Shown piece after piece: positions 60,054-64,000 of a stretch of 64,000 nt of DNA. Origin of the DNA: an uncultured Woeseia sp. Its GTDB lineage: Bacteria; Pseudomonadota; Gammaproteobacteria; Steroidobacterales; UBA11654. The DNA lies in NCBI GenBank assembly GCA_964629335.1, contig CAZVRH010000002.1, positions 6,631-70,630 of the forward strand, given 5' to 3'. The first letter of the stretch is position 1; every line of letters begins with the position of its first letter. The translations under genes and the position numbers were made by a program. The notes under the pieces were generated by a model. The model saw nothing but the letters and a program-made list of their open reading frames with translations. It did no database searches and was not told where the DNA came from.

Positions 60054-62771
60054 ATGCGACTAAGTAAAATTAAACTCTCAGGCTTTAAAACTTTTGTTGA
60101 ATCAACAACTCTCACTCTACCTTCAAATCTTGTCGGAATCGTGGGTCCTAACGGATGTGGCAAATCAAACGTTATTGACGCAGTTAGATGGGTGTTAGGT
60201 GAATCGTCTGCAAAGTATTTGAGGGGAGAATCTATGTCAGATGTTATTTTTAATGGATCGTCAACAAGAAAGCCTGTGAGCAATGCTTCCATAGAATTAT
60301 TTTTTGATAACACTGAAAAAAAAATTGGTGGTGAGTTCGCACAATACAATGAAATCTCGACAAGACGAGTCCTGTCTAGAGATGGACAGTCTCAATATTT
60401 TCTTAATGGAACGAAATGCAGACGAAAAGACATTACTAATTTATTTTTAGGCACAGGTCTAGGTCCTCGAAGTTACGCGATTGTTCAACAAGCAATGATA
60501 TCTGACCTTATAGAAGCTAAGCCCGATGAAATGAGGGTGTTTATAGAAGAAGCTTCTGGAATATCTAAATACAAACAAAAAAGAAAAGAAACAGAATCCA
60601 GAATAAAGAATACCCGAGAAAATCTAAACCGCTTAAATGATCTTAAAGATGAGATCGATAAGCAACTTAAACGTCTAAAAAAACAAAAAAATGATGCAGA
60701 AAGATATAAAAAACTAAGATTGAGAGAAAAAGAAATTGGTGCTGAAATAATTTACATCAAGATCATTGAGATCAATGATCTCATTGAAAGCAACAAGGCA
60801 GACTCAAGCAAATATCAGGATAACTATGATAACCAATTAACTAAACTTAGAAAAATAGAAGCCGATATCGAAGAATTAAGAGTTAAGAGTAACCTAGCAA
60901 ATGAAGAATTTAACAACAAACAAAAAGACCACTTTGAAATACAGGCAGATATCGCAAGACTTGAACAATCTATTGAATATGAAAAAGAACTAGCTTCACA
61001 AAAAACTATCAATGCAGAAGAGATTAGAATTGAATTGGAACAACTAAACCAAGAAGTCAATAAAGACGATCAAGAACTTCAGTCCATTGAACTAGAATTA
61101 GATCAAATTTCATCTTCATTTAATGAAGATAAGATGGAACTAACGAAACTATCCGATGAATTGTCAACAATAGAAAAAAGCTTTGAATCTACAGAAAATG
61201 ATAATGAAACTATAAAATCAGCCATCAACGAAAAAAACACTATTGTCGAAAAAGAAACAGTTAAAATTAACTTACTTCAAAAACAATTATCCAACCAAGA
61301 ACAACAAAAAATTATCATTCAAGATCTCCATCAACTTGAAAGTTCATTTTTAACATTAAAGGATAATTTAATCTCTCTTATTTCTTCAGTAAACCTCAAT
61401 GACTCTGAGCTCATTAATAATCAAATTAATCAATTTGAAACTGAATTAATTTCAATTTCATCAGCTCTGGGCGATACCGAAAAGAAAATTATAGATAACG
61501 AAAATGAACTGAGAAAATCAAAATCACTCTTAAATAAGAATTCTCACCAACTGGAGAAACTAAACTCAGATAAGATCAGTTCTGACGCTTTAAAAAATAA
61601 CTTATCCAATCAAAAAAACACTCTAACGCAAAAAATCAATAACTTATCCAATAAAGTTCAATCCCAAGAATTAAAGGTTGAATCACTAAAATCTTCAAGA
61701 GATGCAATGAATACTGCGATCAATCGACTTGAAGCTCAAAGAACTCAGCTAAAAAGCAGATCTCTTGAAATTACATTAAAAGCTAAAAACAATGAACTTC
61801 CAGAAGATGATTCAAAGCGAAAATTAGAAACCTTACTCAATAAAAGCCTGGTTCATGAAAAAGATCTAGATTCTTCGAGAAGGGTATTAGAAGAGTGTCA
61901 AACAAATCTTAGGAATTCTGAAATTGATCGAACAAATATCAATAGCGGAGTGAATCAAGCTAGAGAGGATCTCGAACATTTTAAATTAAACCAAAAAGAA
62001 TATGAGGTTAGAAAAGATTCTTTAAATGAACAATTGAAAAGTCAAGGCCATAACTTTGACTCTCTCAATAAAAATTTAGAAGATAAATCTATTGAACGAA
62101 ACGTCTTGAACCAAGAATTAGAAAAAACGCTAAAATCCATAGAGAGATTAGGTGACATTAATCTAGCTGCTTCAAAAGAATACGATCATGAGAATGAAAG
62201 AATGGAGAAGCTTAATTCACAATTCGAAGATTTAAATCGAGCACTGGATACTCTTAACGGAGCTATAAAGCAAATTGACAATGAATCAAAAACTAGATTC
62301 AACGAGACGTTTAAAAAAGTTAATGAAGGCTTAGAAAAACATTTCCCAAGACTTTTCGATGGAGGCAGGGCTTATCTGGAGTTAGAAAATAATGACGCTT
62401 TAGAAGGAGGTGTTTTTGTCATGGCTAGACCTCCTGGAAAAAGAAACAGTAACATTCATCTACTGTCTGGAGGAGAAAAAGCCCTCACTGCTGTTGCTCT
62501 ACTGTTTTCAATCTTTGAGCTTAATCCTGCACCGTTCTGCTTGTTAGATGAAGTGGATGCACCACTTGATGATACGAATGTTGGACGTTTTTGCGAAATT
62601 GTAAAAGAAATGAGCAGCAATGTTCAGTTTGTAGTTATCACTCATAATAAAACAACCATGGAACTAACCAAACAGCTTATTGGAGTCACTATGAGTGAAC
62701 CAGGGGTATCACGCTTAGTTTCAGTCGATGTGGATGAAGCTGTAGAATTATCAGAACAGCAAAGCACTTAA
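60054..62771 (+). CDS. smc: SMC-family chromosome partition ATPase, unusually short with no recognisable hinge
   Basis: N-terminal head KLSGFKTF...GPNGCGKSNVIDAVRWVLGE. C-terminal head LSGGEKALTAVALLFSIF...FCLLDEVDAPLDDTNV. Everything in between reads as coiled coil. 905 aa. Confidence 0.85.
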   Translation: MRLSKIKLSGFKTFVESTTLTLPSNLVGIVGPNGCGKSNVIDAVRWVLGESSAKYLRGESMSDVIFNGSSTRKPVSNASIELFFDNTEKKIGGEFAQYNEISTRRVLSRDGQSQYFLNGTKCRRKDITNLFLGTGLGPRSYAIVQQAMISDLIEAKPDEMRVFIEEASGISKYKQKRKETESRIKNTRENLNRLNDLKDEIDKQLKRLKKQKNDAERYKKLRLREKEIGAEIIYIKIIEINDLIESNKADSSKYQDNYDNQLTKLRKIEADIEELRVKSNLANEEFNNKQKDHFEIQADIARLEQSIEYEKELASQKTINAEEIRIELEQLNQEVNKDDQELQSIELELDQISSSFNEDKMELTKLSDELSTIEKSFESTENDNETIKSAINEKNTIVEKETVKINLLQKQLSNQEQQKIIIQDLHQLESSFLTLKDNLISLISSVNLNDSELINNQINQFETELISISSALGDTEKKIIDNENELRKSKSLLNKNSHQLEKLNSDKISSDALKNNLSNQKNTLTQKINNLSNKVQSQELKVESLKSSRDAMNTAINRLEAQRTQLKSRSLEITLKAKNNELPEDDSKRKLETLLNKSLVHEKDLDSSRRVLEECQTNLRNSEIDRTNINSGVNQAREDLEHFKLNQKEYEVRKDSLNEQLKSQGHNFDSLNKNLEDKSIERNVLNQELEKTLKSIERLGDINLAASKEYDHENERMEKLNSQFEDLNRALDTLNGAIKQIDNESKTRFNETFKKVNEGLEKHFPRLFDGGRAYLELENNDALEGGVFVMARPPGKRNSNIHLLSGGEKALTAVALLFSIFELNPAPFCLLDEVDAPLDDTNVGRFCEIVKEMSSNVQFVVITHNKTTMELTKQLIGVTMSEPGVSRLVSVDVDEAVELSEQQST

Positions 62772-62772
62772 A

Positions 62773-63270
62773 GTGGACAATGCATGGATACTACTAACTG
62801 CTATTTTTATAGTTCTGATCACTCTGTTAATTTATGAGAAAAAAAAGCGAAATGAAGCCAACAATCATTTAAATATAAATGAAAATTTTGTAATTAATGA
62901 AAACAAGGTTAATGAAAATGAAGTAATTAGTATGAGATTATCGCTTAAAGGTAGAACCATAACATTAATAGATGCAGTCGAACTCTTTAAATCAAAATCA
63001 ATACAAATGAACAATAAGGGAATCTTTGAAAAAAAAATAAATGATAATTGTTCTTATTTTGTAGCTAATCTTACAGAACCAGGGTACTTCAAAAACGACA
63101 AAAGTATCCACGGATTTACTTTCTTTTTTTTATCCAGCTATGAAATAGATGATAAGCGTCATTATGAAGAAATGAAAAAAGATATTTATGAAATCAATTC
63201 TATTTTTAAAGGCAAAATAAGGGATGACAGTATTTTCAAGAATAGTAAGACAGATGATAATCTCATATGA
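62773..63270 (+). CDS. zipA: Miniature ZipA-like cell-division protein
   Basis: N-terminal TM anchor WILLTAIFIVLITLLIY followed by basic KKKR. The C-terminal domain parallels the E. coli ZipA FtsZ-binding domain as I recall it (YFVANLTEPGYF vs FSLANMVKPGTF; GFTFFFLSS vs GVTIFMQVP). It sits directly after smc, as in many gammaproteobacteria. GTG start. Confidence 0.55.
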   Translation: MDNAWILLTAIFIVLITLLIYEKKKRNEANNHLNINENFVINENKVNENEVISMRLSLKGRTITLIDAVELFKSKSIQMNNKGIFEKKINDNCSYFVANLTEPGYFKNDKSIHGFTFFFLSSYEIDDKRHYEEMKKDIYEINSIFKGKIRDDSIFKNSKTDDNLI

Positions 63271-63357
63271 TCATAAAAGAAAAGATAACCATTGAATGGC
63301 TACATTAATTAAATATTACAAAATTAGATAAAACTGAGTTTAAAAAGATCATCGACT

Positions 63358-64000
63358 ATGAACGAAAACGATTATAGCAATCCGCAGCAAAGCGAAATGC
63401 CTTTCGCCATAGTTGATGGGGAACAACTTACTGAACTCCCTAAAGATTTATACATCCCACCTGTTGCCCTTCAGGTCTTTTTAGATGCTTTTGAAGGACC
63501 GCTTGATCTCCTTTTGTATTTAATCAGAAAGCAGAATTTAGACATTCTAGATATACCCATTGCTGATATAACAAAACAGTATGTAGATTACATTAATTTA
63601 ATGAAAGAGTTAGAACTGGAGTTAGCAGGAGAATATTTACTAATGGCAGCCATGTTAGCAGAAATAAAATCTAGATTACTGCTACCAATCTTTGAGGATA
63701 TTGAAGATGAGGAAGACCCAAGAGCTGAACTAGTTAGAAGACTTCTTGAGTATGAAAGATACCGAAAGGTTTCAGAAGAACTAGACCAATTAGATAGGGT
63801 TGAAAGAGATATCTATCCATCATCAGTGGAAACAGTGCAATTTGAAAAACCCATAGTCTTACCTGATATTCAGCTAAAAGAACTTGTGGTCTCATTTCAG
63901 GAAGTTCTCAAAAAAGCTGAAATGTTTTCCACACTTCATTTCACGAAAGAACCACTGTCTGTTAAAGAGCGTATGATGACAATTCTAGAAAAAATTGAAA
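63358..64000 (+). CDS. scpA: Segregation and condensation protein A (kleisin), 3' end outside the window
   Basis: My translation from the ATG at 63358 is MNENDYSNPQQSEMPFAIVDGEQLTELPKDLYIPPVALQVFLDAFEGPLDLLLYLIRKQNLDILDIPIADITKQYVDYINLM...GEYLLMAAMLAEIKSRLLLP. The frame is open to the window end. It is not in the ORF track because there is no stop. Confidence 0.85.
   Translation, partial: MNENDYSNPQQSEMPFAIVDGEQLTELPKDLYIPPVALQVFLDAFEGPLDLLLYLIRKQNLDILDIPIADITKQYVDYINLMKELELELAGEYLLMAAMLAEIKSRLLLPIFEDIEDEEDPRAELVRRLLEYERYRKVSEELDQLDRVERDIYPSSVETVQFEKPIVLPDIQLKELVVSFQEVLKKAEMFSTLHFTKEPLSVKERMMTILEKIE

Noticed and set aside
59984-60349. 121-aa ORF antisense to the 5' end of smc
   Set aside because: It overlaps the highly conserved SMC Walker A head region on the opposite strand and has no RBS or recognisable motif. 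It is typical of a shadow ORF.

Overview
This is a visibly AT-rich, very tightly packed chromosomal segment. It reads like the core genome of a streamlined gammaproteobacterium, probably marine; the taxon is inference only. All calls come from reading the supplied translations and the raw DNA, and no database search was run.

Contents, in order:
- MFS fragment, Baeyer-Villiger monooxygenase, dnaX-recR, rsgA, orn, MAPEG, DUF1249-like, and an MFS with a histidine-rich tail.
- A long minus-strand block: smpB, a periplasmic chelatase-fold ORF, ssrA (tmRNA, tag ANDNYALAA), aguA-aguB, five exported or lipoprotein ORFs of unknown function, then prc.
- NSS transporter, ratA, bamE and nadK.
- About 38 kb that is entirely plus-strand: hrcA-grpE-dnaK-dnaJ, a YwaF-like membrane protein, carAB, greA, rlmE, ftsH, glmM, tpiA, secG, tRNA-Leu(GAG), nuoA-N (14 separate genes), initiator tRNA-Met, rimP-nusA-infB-rbfA-truB-rpsO-pnp.
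- dksA, queF, smc, a miniature zipA and the start of scpA.

I saw no rRNA, CRISPR array, transposase, integrase or phage gene, and no recognisable defence system.

The points that most deserve a second look:
1. A 905-aa SMC with intact heads but no recognisable hinge domain.
2. A signal-peptide-bearing, Met-rich protein with a class II chelatase fold, wedged between smpB and ssrA.
3. A translationally coupled five-gene exported/lipoprotein module running straight into prc.
4. Two DnaA boxes, one a perfect match, 11 bp apart in the long AT-rich leader of the nuo operon.
5. A DksA whose four zinc-finger cysteines read C/T/T/A.
6. A histidine-rich tail on an MFS transporter.
7. A possible dnaX -1 frameshift site at the domain III/IV boundary.
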